In this document: positions 40,965 through 52,311 of the stretch, in pieces
How positions within the stretch are numbered: position 1 is the stretch's first letter
How the letters are laid out: every line of letters starts with the position of its first letter
NCBI GenBank assembly: GCA_951406725.2
Contig: OX597815.1
Coordinates: 158,782,001-158,846,000, forward strand
Length of the DNA: 64,000 bases
Reading direction: 5' to 3'
From: Octopus vulgaris
Taxonomy: Eukaryota
Notes under the pieces: generated by a model
Databases searched by the model: none
Told to the model about the DNA's origin: nothing
Seen by the model: only the letters and a program-made list of their open reading frames with translations
Translations under genes and position numbers: made by a program

Positions 40965-42030
40965 GGGGAAACTGCTGATCTGCTATATATAGATAGTATG
41001 AGGTACGAGTAAGTAAAGGAGAATTTAGTTGTTGGATGGATAGATTACAGAAAGGCTACGACAATGTCCCACGCAGCAGGCTTTTAAAGTGTCTGAGGAC
41101 TCTCGGGGTCAGTGAGAAAAATAAACAACTTTTTTGGAAAAAGCAATGTGAGTATGAGACGAAGAACACACGTGCAGATGAACAACTTGCTAACGGAAAG
41201 AAACACAGGGGCATTTTCCAGAGGGACTCGTTTTCTCCGTTGCTCTTTGTTCACTCTGACAAGTATACTGAGAAACTCCTACCTATAAGTTTACCAAAAC
41301 GAAGATAGAAATAAATCACCTATTTTGTACGGATAATCTCATGATATATACACAAGTAAGAAAGACCTAGATTCTTTAATCCAAACAGTGAGAGTATTCA
41401 AGTATTCAGTGCTGGAATGCAGTTTGGGATAAATAAGTGTGTAGTGCTAATTATGAAGAGATGCTAGAAGATAAAGACTATAGGTGTAAAATTACTACAA
41501 GACAACATCATTAGATCACTGTGGAATGAAGAGGAATACAAATACCTAGGTGTGTTGCAAGACGATCGGATAACGGAAAGAGAAATGAGACAGAAAATCA
41601 TTAGAGAATACAAGAGGAGAATTAGGATGGTGCTCGAAACGAAATTAAATAAAGGGAGTATCATTAAAGATCTAAATACAGGGGTTATGCTAATATTGAG
41701 ATACTCTGCTCTCTTTCTGAAATGATGGGCAATGTCCAAGCTACAGAACTTCGAAAGAAGTATTAGAAAGCTCACTATACACGGGGCACTCCACTCTAAA
41801 AGTAGTACCGACAGACTCTACCTACGAAGAAAGGAACTTGGTAGAAGTTTACTAAACGCAGAAGACGCTGTTAATGCTACTATAATGGGTCTGAAAAATT
41901 GTTGTGTAGAGCAAAGAAAAATTACTATCGGCAACCAGAAACTCAAAAACGGTCTGAAACAGTAGGTGGATTCAACTCAAAGAAAAAGAAAAAAATAAAA
42001 GAACGAGAAAATGGAAAGAAATGGGATTGC
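40965..42030 (+). mobile_element. Decayed RLE-type LINE RT fragment
   Basis: W...KGYDNVP, RGIFQRDSFSPLLF, INHLFCTD, YKYLGV, HGALHSKSSTDRLYLRRKELGRSL. Confidence 0.75.
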
Positions 42031-42084
42031 ATAGTCAATTCTCACTCAACAACAACAGCAACAACAACAACAACAATAATAATA

Positions 42085-42169
<85 letters not shown>

Positions 42170-42171
<2 letters not shown>

Positions 42172-42720
42172 GTGTCGATTCTCTGGGACTTCCCCGTACA
42201 AACCGACAAAACTATAAAAGCTAATAAACCGGATATTATTACAAAAGATCAGACAAAAAAGGTGTGTTTATTAATTGACATGAGTATTCCTCGCGATCAC
42301 AATATAGCGGCGAAAGAATTTGACAAGATCAATAATTATAAAGACTTGCTAATAGAAATTGAAAAAATGTGGCATCTCAAGGCAACTACTGTACCAGTGA
42401 TTGTAGGGTCTCTAGGAATGATAAAAAAAAAAAGGTACTGAAACCTATTTGAAAATAATACCAGGCTTAACATCCCTACAGGAAGTGCAAAAAATCGTGT
42501 TAACTGGAACGACTCATGTATTCAGAAGAGCATTATCACTGTGAAAACAACATCCATTCATGAATTTATTTATTTATTAATTTTTTTAAATACATATTTT
42601 ACCTGTGAATTTGCGTGTGTAATCTAGGAATGCATACAATGAGCTTCTCTGCCCTAGGTGTACGGAAAACACCCGGCGAGAAATGGAAGAAAATTTGAAG
42701 AAAGAAGGAAAAATAAAATA
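42170..42720 (+). mobile_element. 5'-truncated RLE-type LINE 3' end abutting (AAT)n
   Basis: ILWDFPVQTDKTIKANKPDII...CLLIDMSIP...K...YKDLLIEIEKMW...VPVIVGSLG (PD-(D/E)xK endonuclease). A relative of its 3' UTR lies at ~40370-40490. Confidence 0.85.
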
Positions 42721-42799
42721 ATGAATATCATGCGCGAATAGCTGCGCAACTCAACACCTTGTTAAATGCCGACCAAGTAACACCACAGTGGTTTACATT

Positions 42800-43414
42800 G
42801 GGTAGGACAGTGCTGTGCCTGAAAAACATCGAAAACGGCAATACGGTAGACAATTACAGGCCGATATCCTGTTTGCCATTCATATGGAAGTAATTGACTG
42901 TAATACTCGCAGAGTTAATGTACAAACATCTGGGAAAAAGATGGAGTCCTGCCACATGAGTAGAAGGGTTGCAAGTGTAAATCCTGAGGTACCAAGGATC
43001 AACTCCTGATAGACAAAACTGTACTTAGAGACTGGAAGAGGAGGAAAAGTAACTCAGCCATGTCATGGATGGACTATCGTAAAGGTGTACGATATGATCC
43101 CACATTCTTGGATTATGGAGTGTATGAAACTATTTGGTATTGCATCGAATGTTGAGCGATTGCTTGGAAAAAGTATGGCGAATCGGAGGTATAATAATTG
43201 TCGGAGCCCTGGGAACAGTGAGCAAAAATCTCGAGAAGTACGTGGAACAAATAAAGACTGCAATAAGGGTGGAGCACTTGCAGAAAACAGCATTGCTTGG
43301 AACCGCTCGAATACCCCGGAAGGTGCTCTAAAAATAAGAGGTGTTATCTTAGTTCACCGGTAGTGAACAGCTGACACTGTAGTACATCTCCAGCGTTAGA
43401 AGCTGGGCAAAGGC
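42800..43414 (+). mobile_element. Internally deleted RLE-type LINE ending in (AAT)n
   Basis: [33 protein letters not shown], joined directly to IIVGALG...LQKTALLGTARI. Confidence 0.8.
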
Positions 43415-43466
<52 letters not shown>

Positions 43467-44701
43467 GGGATTTCTAAAATAAGCATTCGGGAGGGAGAGA
43501 GAGTATATTCGATCAATTCGATCTGAGTATTTGTCTGGTGCTTTATTTTAAGGAGCCCCCGTCCGCGTAATGATAGATGACAAACTTGACATCGGTGAGT
43601 CAAAATTGAACTCAGAACGTAAAGCAAGCCGTTTAGTGCGGAACGCTGCTGTCTCTGACACTCATTAACAACAACAACTACTACAAGTAGTAGTAGTACC
43701 AAAACGACCATGACTACCACCGCCGCTTCAACCACCAACATCACAAAAAACCACCACCACCACCACAACCATCACCGCCACGTCCACCCCACTACTACAA
43801 CCATCACTGCCACCACTACCACCACCCCTACTACTACCACCGCCGCCGCTGCTGCTGCTGCTACTACTACTACTACAGCAGTAACAACAAAAACAAGCAC
43901 CACAACACGCTTTTTAGGCTTCAGAAAGAGAGGGAGAGAGTGGGGCAGAGAGAGAGAGAGAGAAGAGGGGCAGAGAGAGAAGGAGGAAAGGAAGAGAGAG
44001 AGGGAAAGTGAGGGAGACAGAGAGGAGAGAGAGATGGGCAGGAGAGAGAAGGAGAGAGGAGGAAGAGAGTGATGGGCGGGGGGATTGAACCAACCCTTAA
44101 AACAAATAAAGGGTATCCAACTTGACAAAGGAAACCCTGTTTAGCTACATATGGTCAAACAGACGGTCAAAGCTACGACTAAAGTTTCGTTATGACTTAA
44201 CAGATGTCAATTCAGATATTCTAGAATAACAAAATTATTTGGCAGCGAATTTCAAAATTAGCTTTACAATAACATTTTTCAGTCTGGAAGTCGTCTTGTC
44301 GATAATAAGACATTTTTCAAGCTGAGTAATTCCAGCGGATGTTGGACCTAAAGCGAGTCTGACTGGCCGTTGTGACACTATATATTTACATCCGAAGCGG
44401 ATTAACCCAGAGATGAGTTGACCTTTGAAGTGGCTTATATAAACAAGAAACCAACAGGACACACTGACATATCGCTAGAACATATAACGATTACCAGATG
44501 TGCCCCTGTCCTTTCCCTAAATCTGAATGGATGTATGGATAAACGGATAATGTGCGTAGTCATTGAAGCGTGAGCTCAAAGTGTATATATTCAGTTTTAG
44601 AAAATTTTTGTTTCAGCAGGTTCAGTGTTTACGTTTCATCAGAGCATAACAAATGAAGAAACGTAGCAGCCTTAAGTAATGTGTACATATAGCATAGCAC
44701 A

Positions 44702-44741
<40 letters not shown>

Positions 44742-44803
44742 CGTCTGTTCTCTTTCTCCCTCCCTCTTTCCCCCTCTCTCCCTGTCCCTCCCTCTTTCTC
44801 TCT

Positions 44804-44839
<36 letters not shown>

Positions 44840-45099
44840 TAACCACATACATATATATGCATGTTTAATAAGTGTCTATGAATGAGACTCTCGGTCCGTG
44901 AGTCACTGTAACTTCTGTTGGTTAATAATTATATATATATATATATGTGTGTGTGTGTGCGTGTGTGTATGTATGTATATACATGCATGCATACATACAT
45001 ACATACACACAAACACACATATATATATTATATTCAGCAACGTCAGCGCCAAGAAGCGTTTAGGCATAAGGGAACTTTAGGTTAATTAAAATATGTTGT

Positions 45100-48000
45100 G
45101 AGCTTTATTTCGACGAAACAATATTTTATCGAAAAATTTCAGTGAAAGAAGTTCCCTGTTCAATACTCGCTGGCAGTGTTTAAATTAAGTTTTAAAAAAT
45201 GATGAAAATTTCGTCACCTTTGCCGGAGCGGTTCACAGAGAGTGTGAGAAACTCAAATTGAACATGTGTTTAATTTTTGTTCAAGGGTTTACTTCAAACA
45301 AAGATGCAGATATAAGATCCCGGATATTAACAAAATTAGAACAGGACCAACATTTTACTTTACAGGCAGTAGCAGAAGAAAGTCAGAGGATTATAAATCT
45401 ACGACATGACACAAATAAAATTGAAGAGAAAGATTGCTCTCATGTTCAACCGTGTCAACCGGTAACGGATAAGAAAAAATATCAAGACCAAATCCATGTT
45501 ACGAGTGCGGTGGTCTACATTTTAAAAATAACTGTTCCTTTAAAAATATGAAATGCTCAAATGTCGTAAAAAAATGGCCATAAAAAGTTGCATTGTGGGA
45601 TAGAACCTAAAAGAACGGTTCAACAGAAAAAATCACGTAAATGGGTTATCGGTGACAAGAATATGAACGAGTCTCAAAGGAAATTTGTGGATGTAAAAAT
45701 GAGTAACACAAATGTAAAGTTACAATTGGATACAGGCAGTGATATCTCAATAATAAACACAGATACATGGAGAAAAAAAATCGTGAGACCTAGATTGAAT
45801 GAAGCTCCGAAAATTACTCGTTGTGTTTAAGGAAAAACATTATATCTTAACGGTGAAATGATAAGTAACATTACATTTTGTTAAAAAAAAGCCTTAAAAG
45901 CTAAAGTTTTTGTGTTAAATAATACCGCAAATTTATTCGGTACTGACAAGATGGGATTATTTAAGTTATGAAACCTCCCCATAAATCTTTGTCAATGGTT
46001 TTTTCCTCCAATCGTCATTCGAATTGAAAATAAATTTTTTGATATTTTTCCTGGAGTTCTGTCTGATAAATTAAGTCTGTGTACCTAAATGGTGCGGTTT
46101 CAAATAAAAGAAAACGCCACACCAGTATTTAACCAAAAAACGAACTGCATCGTTCGCAGCATTAGAACAGATAAACTTAGAGTTACAGAGACTAGAAAAA
46201 ATTGGAATATAGTCAACGAGCATCATCAACTATGTTCGTTAAGGAAAAGAATACTGAAATCAGAATGTGTGCTAATTTTTCCACGGGTTTAAACGAATTC
46301 TTAAAACATGCCACCATCCGCTACCTACTCTAGAAGATATTTTTGTGAATTAAACGGGGACAAGATCTCTCGGATGCTTATTTACAAATTAGAGCAAACG
46401 ATGAATGCTCTAAATGCCTAATAATTAACACACATAAAGGACTGCATAAATACAGTAGGTTACCATTTGACTTAAAAGTTGCACTGGCGATTTTTCAATA
46501 GATTATGGATGCAATGGTAGCGGACTGTAAATTCGCAATTCTATATCTCGATGATATACTCATTAAAAGCGAAGCCAGGGAGCAACTCGCAGAGCACGTA
46601 AAATATGAGTTCGAAAAAAAATCAAGGATTATGGCTTAGTTTGAGTTAATAAAAGTGATTTTTTTCTTACCGAAAATAAGATATTTAGGACAAATAATTG
46701 ACAGGAATGGACGTCGACGGCAGACGCAATTAAAGATGTGCCCCCTCCGACAAATATAACGACCTGACAAGCATTTTAGGACTGGCAAATTATTACCAAA
46801 ATTATATTCCAAATATGCATAAAGTGAAGGTTCCACTGAGTAATCTACTGAAAAAAGATATATAATGTTATTGGCCGGAAAATTATCAAAAGGCCTTTGA
46901 CGAAATAAAAGAAATATTAACATCTGATTTGTCGTTAGCACACTTCGATCCTGCAGCGGAGACAGTTGTAGATTCAGACGCTTCTGAGTACGGTATAGGA
47001 GCAGTAATGCTACATAAGCATAAAGACGAAGACCGTGGTTCATGCCTCACGTTCTCTGATATCAGCAGAGAAAGATTATAGTCAAATCGAAAAAGAGGCT
47101 CTAGTGATTATTTTTGTCTTGAGAATTTTCACAGATTTTTACACGGTAGAAGTTTTCGTCTATAGATTGATCATCATCTATTATTATCAATATTTGGGTC
47201 AAAGAAAGAAATTCCTACCCATACTGCTAATAGGTTGCAACGCTGGGGTACGATATTATTAAAATATGATTTCAAGATGAAGCATATACCATCCAAGAGA
47301 TTAGGTCATGATGACTGTCTATCAAGACGATTTCGAAAAATGCAGAACCATTTGAAGATACCGTGATTGCTGCTTTGCGAGCAGAAAATGAAATTTAAAA
47401 TATTTTGTGTAACGTCATTCGTGAACTGCCAGTTACTTTACAAGGCACAAAATTAAAATCGGAAAGCTATAAATTTATTATAAAACTGAAAGAAATACTA
47501 GAGGCTAAAAGCGATAAAAATTTGCGCAAAACAACAGCGATCCATTTCTCACTGTCTGACAATGTGTTGAAGCATGCACAAAGAGTCGTAATGACAAAAG
47601 CGATTATTAAAGGAATTTCATATTAGTTACCCAGGTATTTCGAGAATGAAATCGTTAATGAGAAGTTATTTATACTCGCCAACAATGGACCGTGACATTG
47701 AAGAATCGGTGAAAACATGCAGAAGAAAACATGCCTTAGCTGCAAAAGCACCTACCACTAAATGACAACCGTAGCCAAAAACAAGTTCTATGGGCCAGAT
47801 TACGCAGGTCCACTTAAGGGTTCATATTACCTTGTTGTGGTGGATAGTTTTTCAAAGTGACCGGAAATGCATGAATGTAAAAAGCCAGCATCTGCGGTTA
47901 CACTAAATGTTTTACATGAATTGTTTACCAGGTATGGTTTTTACGGATCCCATTGTGTCTGATAACAGAGTACTCAATTTACGTCAGACGAGTTCATAAA

Positions 48001-48685
48001 ATTTCGTAAAATGTTCGTCATCGAATATGTCACTACCCCGCCCAATCATCCAAAGTCAAATGCACAAGCGGAGCGTTTTGTTGACACTTTCAAGAGGGCG
48101 TTGAAAAGGGCGAACAATAAAGTGATGGACAATTTTGCCCTTCAGTAATTTCTAAGAGTGTACCGAGTAACACCCAATCCGAATACACCGTCGGGAATGT
48201 CATCTGCAGAATTGATGTTTGCTAGAAATGTCAGATCCATCTTGGATAAACTGATATCTAGTGAAAAAAAAAAACGCGAACAACAAAAAGACTTCAAAAT
48301 TCTTCAAGTTAGGTAACAAGGTTGTTTTTTTTAAACCTAAAGATACGGTAAAGAAAGCTGGGAGGGCGGTGTAATTATTAAACAAATTGGAAGAATGATA
48401 TACTTGGTAAAAGGAAAAGTGTCGAATATAATAAAAGACATTAACAAACTTTAAAAAAGATTGACGGAAAAGACAGTCACGAGAAATTAATTCTCCTTGA
48501 AAGTATTGTACGACACGTTTGAAGTACCAACACTTAATTCGAAACTACACTTCTAGCAGCAGAAAACGGAAAAGAATGGAAACACTGGAATTGAACCTTA
48601 AGTGTAAGAGATATTAAAACTCTAGGCGGAGTTCAATTCTCAAAAAGGGAGAAGATAGGGGAGACTGATTCTAAAAAGGGGGAAA
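45100..48685 (+). mobile_element. Decayed Ty3/Gypsy LTR retrotransposon internal region (gag-PR-RT-RH-IN)
   Basis: Remnants in order: DIRSRILTKLEQD (gag), CYECGGLH knuckle, KLQLDTGSDISII (protease, 45720), YLDDILI (RT, 46545), DASEYGIGAV and YSQIEKEAL (RNase H), DYAGP...VVVDSFSK, VSDN, HPKSNAQAERFV (integrase). Many stops and frameshifts. Confidence 0.9.
48673..48685 (+). other. Polypurine tract of the Gypsy element
   Basis: AAAAAGGGGGAAA immediately before TGTTG, downstream of integrase. Confidence 0.7.
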
Positions 48686-48951
48686 TGTTGTAGAAGGATT
48701 CCGACCACCCACCAAGTGGCTAAATGTGAACTGACTCATTGTTATAAAACAAAGAACTGTGAGCGATTGGAAGTTTGAGTCGGTGAGCAGGATTGTTGTG
48801 TTATTTTTGCTCTCTGTGAAGTTCGGTAAAGGGAGGAGTGAATGGTTGTTGTTGTGAAGTTTTGAACATGGTTGATGCGGTTTCGCGTCTCACTGGTTCT
48901 GCGCGTTGCACTTTTTCGGTTCGGGAGGCCGTTTTTCGGTCTGAGGCGACT

Positions 48952-50280
48952 GTGAGCCGCCTCCATCAGGCGGAGGAGATGGAAGGGAGAATTTGCTCTG
49001 AGGTTTCGACGGAAGTATCGACATCTGAGGAGGGGTTGGTGGTGAGAGGGATGGAGGGCACCTGCGCAGGTGTAGCGAGGAGGACAGCGGAAGGAGGGAT
49101 GGACCTGGCTGGGTTGGCGGGCCTCCAGGGGTTTGTGAGGGAGGACGAGAGCGGTGAGGTTGAGCTGCTGCATCCGGTGGGGTGCGGAGACTGGTTCCAT
49201 CGTGGAACCATTAAGTGTGGAGTATTTATGAATGGAGGTGGAAGGATGGAAGTGATTGACATGGGAGCAATTGAGGAGGCTCTCAGGCGGACGGGAGAGG
49301 AAGTTGTGTGCATGACGGGGGGATTGCAGTGCGGAGCCGTGGCGGTGCAGTTTAGAAGTGAAGGGGCGGCCAGGAATGTGGCAGCCAGGGTGGTGAGTAC
49401 AGGGGGGATTTGCTTGTTACCCTCGTGTCTGAGTAGGCGGACAACCGGAATTGGGGTGGAGGGAGTGCCTCCACACCTAGAGGGCGAATTAATAACGGCT
49501 GCGGTTATAAAAGGAAATGAAGATAAAGTGGACATCCTCCACGCCATTATGAAGTATGAAGGCGTGAGAGGTGCCACACTAGTTATGAACATTCAAGCGG
49601 AGGCGGATGTTATAGAGAGGATTACGGACAGCATAAAAACTGGAAATATTATTATGAGAGTGTGGGTGGAGGGTAGGGCGCCCAGGTGCTACAAGTGTGG
49701 CCAAAGGGGTCACATAAGAGCCTACTGCACTCCCCCACCAAAGGAAAAAGAAAAGGAAAGCGTTGAGGAAGCCTCAAGAGAGGAAGAAAATAAACAGAAA
49801 CAAACAGAGAGGGAAACGACAGAAGAAGAGGAGATGCAACAAGAGTGGAAAGAAGGGGGAACAAAGAGAAAAAGAAAGAAAAAGAAAAACTGTGCGAAGC
49901 CCCAACCCACCCCGACACCACCCATACCCTTGGAGTCCCATCCTTCCCCTGCAAACAGTGATTCCACCCACTCCCCGCCTACAAGAAAAATAAAAACAGA
50001 CACACAGAGCAAAGAAAGTCCCAAGACCCATTTTTTATGTGTTATACATGGGAAAGACATACAAAACGTTAAAAAACTGGTGTTAACCAAGTGGTACGAA
50101 CACGAAGATTGGAGCTACACGGCTGTGGATAGTGATGATACGGGTATATTGGCGACAAGGTTTGAGGAAGAGGGTGTGTGTTGGAAGTCAGTGGAAATGA
50201 AAGATGAATGGATAGAGAGGGCTAAAAGAAAAACGAATGTTATGATAGATAAAACAGGAATACTAATTGGAAATGGGTGA
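48952..50280 (+). CDS. ORF1/Gag-like CCHC zinc-knuckle protein, copy 1 (A>G hypermutated 5' part; first ATG changed to GTG)
   Basis: Open frame 48838-50280; CYKCGQRGHIRAYC knuckle; many Y>C, K>R/G, I>V, T>A changes relative to copies 2-5. Confidence 0.7.
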   Translation: MSRLHQAEEMEGRICSEVSTEVSTSEEGLVVRGMEGTCAGVARRTAEGGMDLAGLAGLQGFVREDESGEVELLHPVGCGDWFHRGTIKCGVFMNGGGRMEVIDMGAIEEALRRTGEEVVCMTGGLQCGAVAVQFRSEGAARNVAARVVSTGGICLLPSCLSRRTTGIGVEGVPPHLEGELITAAVIKGNEDKVDILHAIMKYEGVRGATLVMNIQAEADVIERITDSIKTGNIIMRVWVEGRAPRCYKCGQRGHIRAYCTPPPKEKEKESVEEASREEENKQKQTERETTEEEEMQQEWKEGGTKRKRKKKKNCAKPQPTPTPPIPLESHPSPANSDSTHSPPTRKIKTDTQSKESPKTHFLCVIHGKDIQNVKKLVLTKWYEHEDWSYTAVDSDDTGILATRFEEEGVCWKSVEMKDEWIERAKRKTNVMIDKTGILIGNG

Positions 50281-50631
50281 AGAAGGACAGATAAGTGATG
50301 CTGGCGGATGGGGCCGTCGGTATCACTCTCATATATCATTTTCATATTCCATTTTGCTCATATATATGTAATTGTGATGTTCCATGTCCCCAATGTTTGT
50401 AACGTCCCCTCTATGTAGCCCCTAGTGGGTAATAAAGAAATCAGTTTGAGTCGGTAAGCAGGATTGTTGTGTTTTTTGCTCTCTGTGAAATTCGGTAAAA
50501 AGAAAAAAGAACAAAAAGTGAATGGTCGTTGTTGTAAAATTTTGAACATAGTTGATGCGGTTTCGCGTCTCACTGGTTCTGCGCGTTACACTTTTTCGGT
50601 TCGGGAGGCCGTTTTTCGGCCGGAGGCGACT

Positions 50632-51960
50632 ATGAGCCGCCTCCATCAAGCGGAGGAGATGGAAGGGAGAATTTACTCTGAAATTTCGACGGAAGTATCG
50701 ACATCTGAGGAGGAGTTGGTGGTGAAAAAGATGGAAGGCACCTACGCAGGTGTAACGAAGAAGTCAACGGAAAGAGAGATAGACCTGGCTAAGTTGGCGG
50801 GCCTCCAGGAGTTTGTGAAGGAGGACGAGAACGGTGAAGTTGAGCTGCTGCATCCAGTAGGGCGCGGAGACTGGTTCCATCGTAGAACCATTAAATATAA
50901 AGTATTTATGAATGGAGGTAGAAAGATGGAAGTAATTAACATGGAAGTAATTGAAGAGGCTCTCAAGCAGACAGGAGAGGAAATTGTGTACATGACAAAA
51001 GGATTACAATACGGAACCATAACGGTGCAATTTAAAAGTGAAAAAGCAGCCAGGAATGTAGCAGCCAAGGTGGTGAGTACAGAAAAGATTTACTTGTTAC
51101 CCTCGTATCTGAATAGGCGGACAACCAGAATTAGGGTGGAGGGAATACCTCCACACCTAGAGGGCGAATTAATAACGGCTGCGGTTATAAAAGGAAATGA
51201 AGATAAAGTGGACATCCTCCACGCCATTATGAAGTATGAAGGCGTGAGAGGTGCCACACTAGTTATGAACATTCAAACGGAGGCGGATGTTATAGAGAGG
51301 ATTACGGACAGCATAAAAACTGGAAATATTATTATGAGAGTGTGGGTGGAGGGTAGGGCGCCCAGGTGCTACAAGTGTGGCCAAAGGGGTCACATAAGAG
51401 CCTACTGCCCTCCCCCACCAAAGGAAAAAGAAAAGGAAAGCGTTGAGGAAGCCTCAGGAGAGGAAGAAAATAAACAGAAACAAACAGAGAAGGAAACGAC
51501 AGAAGAAGAGGAGATGCAACAAGAGTGGAAAGAAGGGGGAACAAAGAGAAAAAGAAGGAAAAAGAAAAACTGTGCGAAGCCCCAACCCACCCCGACACCA
51601 CCCATACCCTTGGAGTCCCATCCTTCCCCTGCAAACAGTGATTCCACCCACTCCCCGCCTACAAGAAAAATAAAAACAGACACACAGAGCAAAGAAAGTC
51701 CCAAGACCCATTTTTTATGTGTTATACATGGGAAAGACATACAAAACGTTAAAAAACTGGTGTTAACCAAGTGGTACGAACACGAAGATTGGAGCTACAC
51801 GGCTGTGGATAGTGATGATACGGGTATATTGGCGACAAGGTTTGAGGAAGAGGGTGTGTGTTGGAAGTCAGTGGAAATGAAAGATGAATGGATAGAGAGG
51901 GCTAAAAGAAAAACGAATGTTATGATAGATAAAACAGGAATACTAATTGGAAATGGGTGA
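50632..51960 (+). CDS. ORF1/Gag-like CCHC zinc-knuckle protein, copy 2 (442 aa from first ATG)
   Basis: TYAGV motif, RRM-like RIRVEGIPPHL segment, V.V.G.AP-CX2CX4HX4C, acidic tract, KRKRRKKK NLS-like stretch and Pro-rich linker; typical of Tx1/L1-type ORF1p. Frame is open from 50464. Confidence 0.85.
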   Translation: MSRLHQAEEMEGRIYSEISTEVSTSEEELVVKKMEGTYAGVTKKSTEREIDLAKLAGLQEFVKEDENGEVELLHPVGRGDWFHRRTIKYKVFMNGGRKMEVINMEVIEEALKQTGEEIVYMTKGLQYGTITVQFKSEKAARNVAAKVVSTEKIYLLPSYLNRRTTRIRVEGIPPHLEGELITAAVIKGNEDKVDILHAIMKYEGVRGATLVMNIQTEADVIERITDSIKTGNIIMRVWVEGRAPRCYKCGQRGHIRAYCPPPPKEKEKESVEEASGEEENKQKQTEKETTEEEEMQQEWKEGGTKRKRRKKKNCAKPQPTPTPPIPLESHPSPANSDSTHSPPTRKIKTDTQSKESPKTHFLCVIHGKDIQNVKKLVLTKWYEHEDWSYTAVDSDDTGILATRFEEEGVCWKSVEMKDEWIERAKRKTNVMIDKTGILIGNG

Positions 51961-52311
51961 AGAAGGACAGATAAGTGATGCTGGCGGATGGGGCCGTCGG
52001 TATCACTCTCATATATCATTTTCATATTCCATTTTGCTCATATATATGTAATTGTGATGTTCCATGTCCCCAATGTTTGTAACGTCCCCTCTATGTAGCC
52101 CCTAGTGGGTAATAAAGAAATCAGTTTGAGTCGGTAAGCAGGATTGTTGTGTTTTTTGCTCTCTGTGAAATTCGGTAAAAAGAAAAAAGAACAAAAAGTG
52201 AATGGTCGTTGTTGTAAAATTTTGAACATAGTTGATGCGGTTTCGCGTCTCACTGGTTCTGCGCGTTACACTTTTTCGGTTCGGGAGGCCGTTTTTCGGC
52301 CGGAGGCGACT

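Noticed and set aside
50521-51150. APOBEC-type G>A hypermutation of copies 2-5 as the alternative direction
   Set aside because: Many sites have G followed by C or T, the TGG codon in the tract is untouched, the A-state keeps the ATG and YA motif, and the bias concerns the 5' neighbour as for ADAR. Disfavoured, but not excluded without an outgroup.
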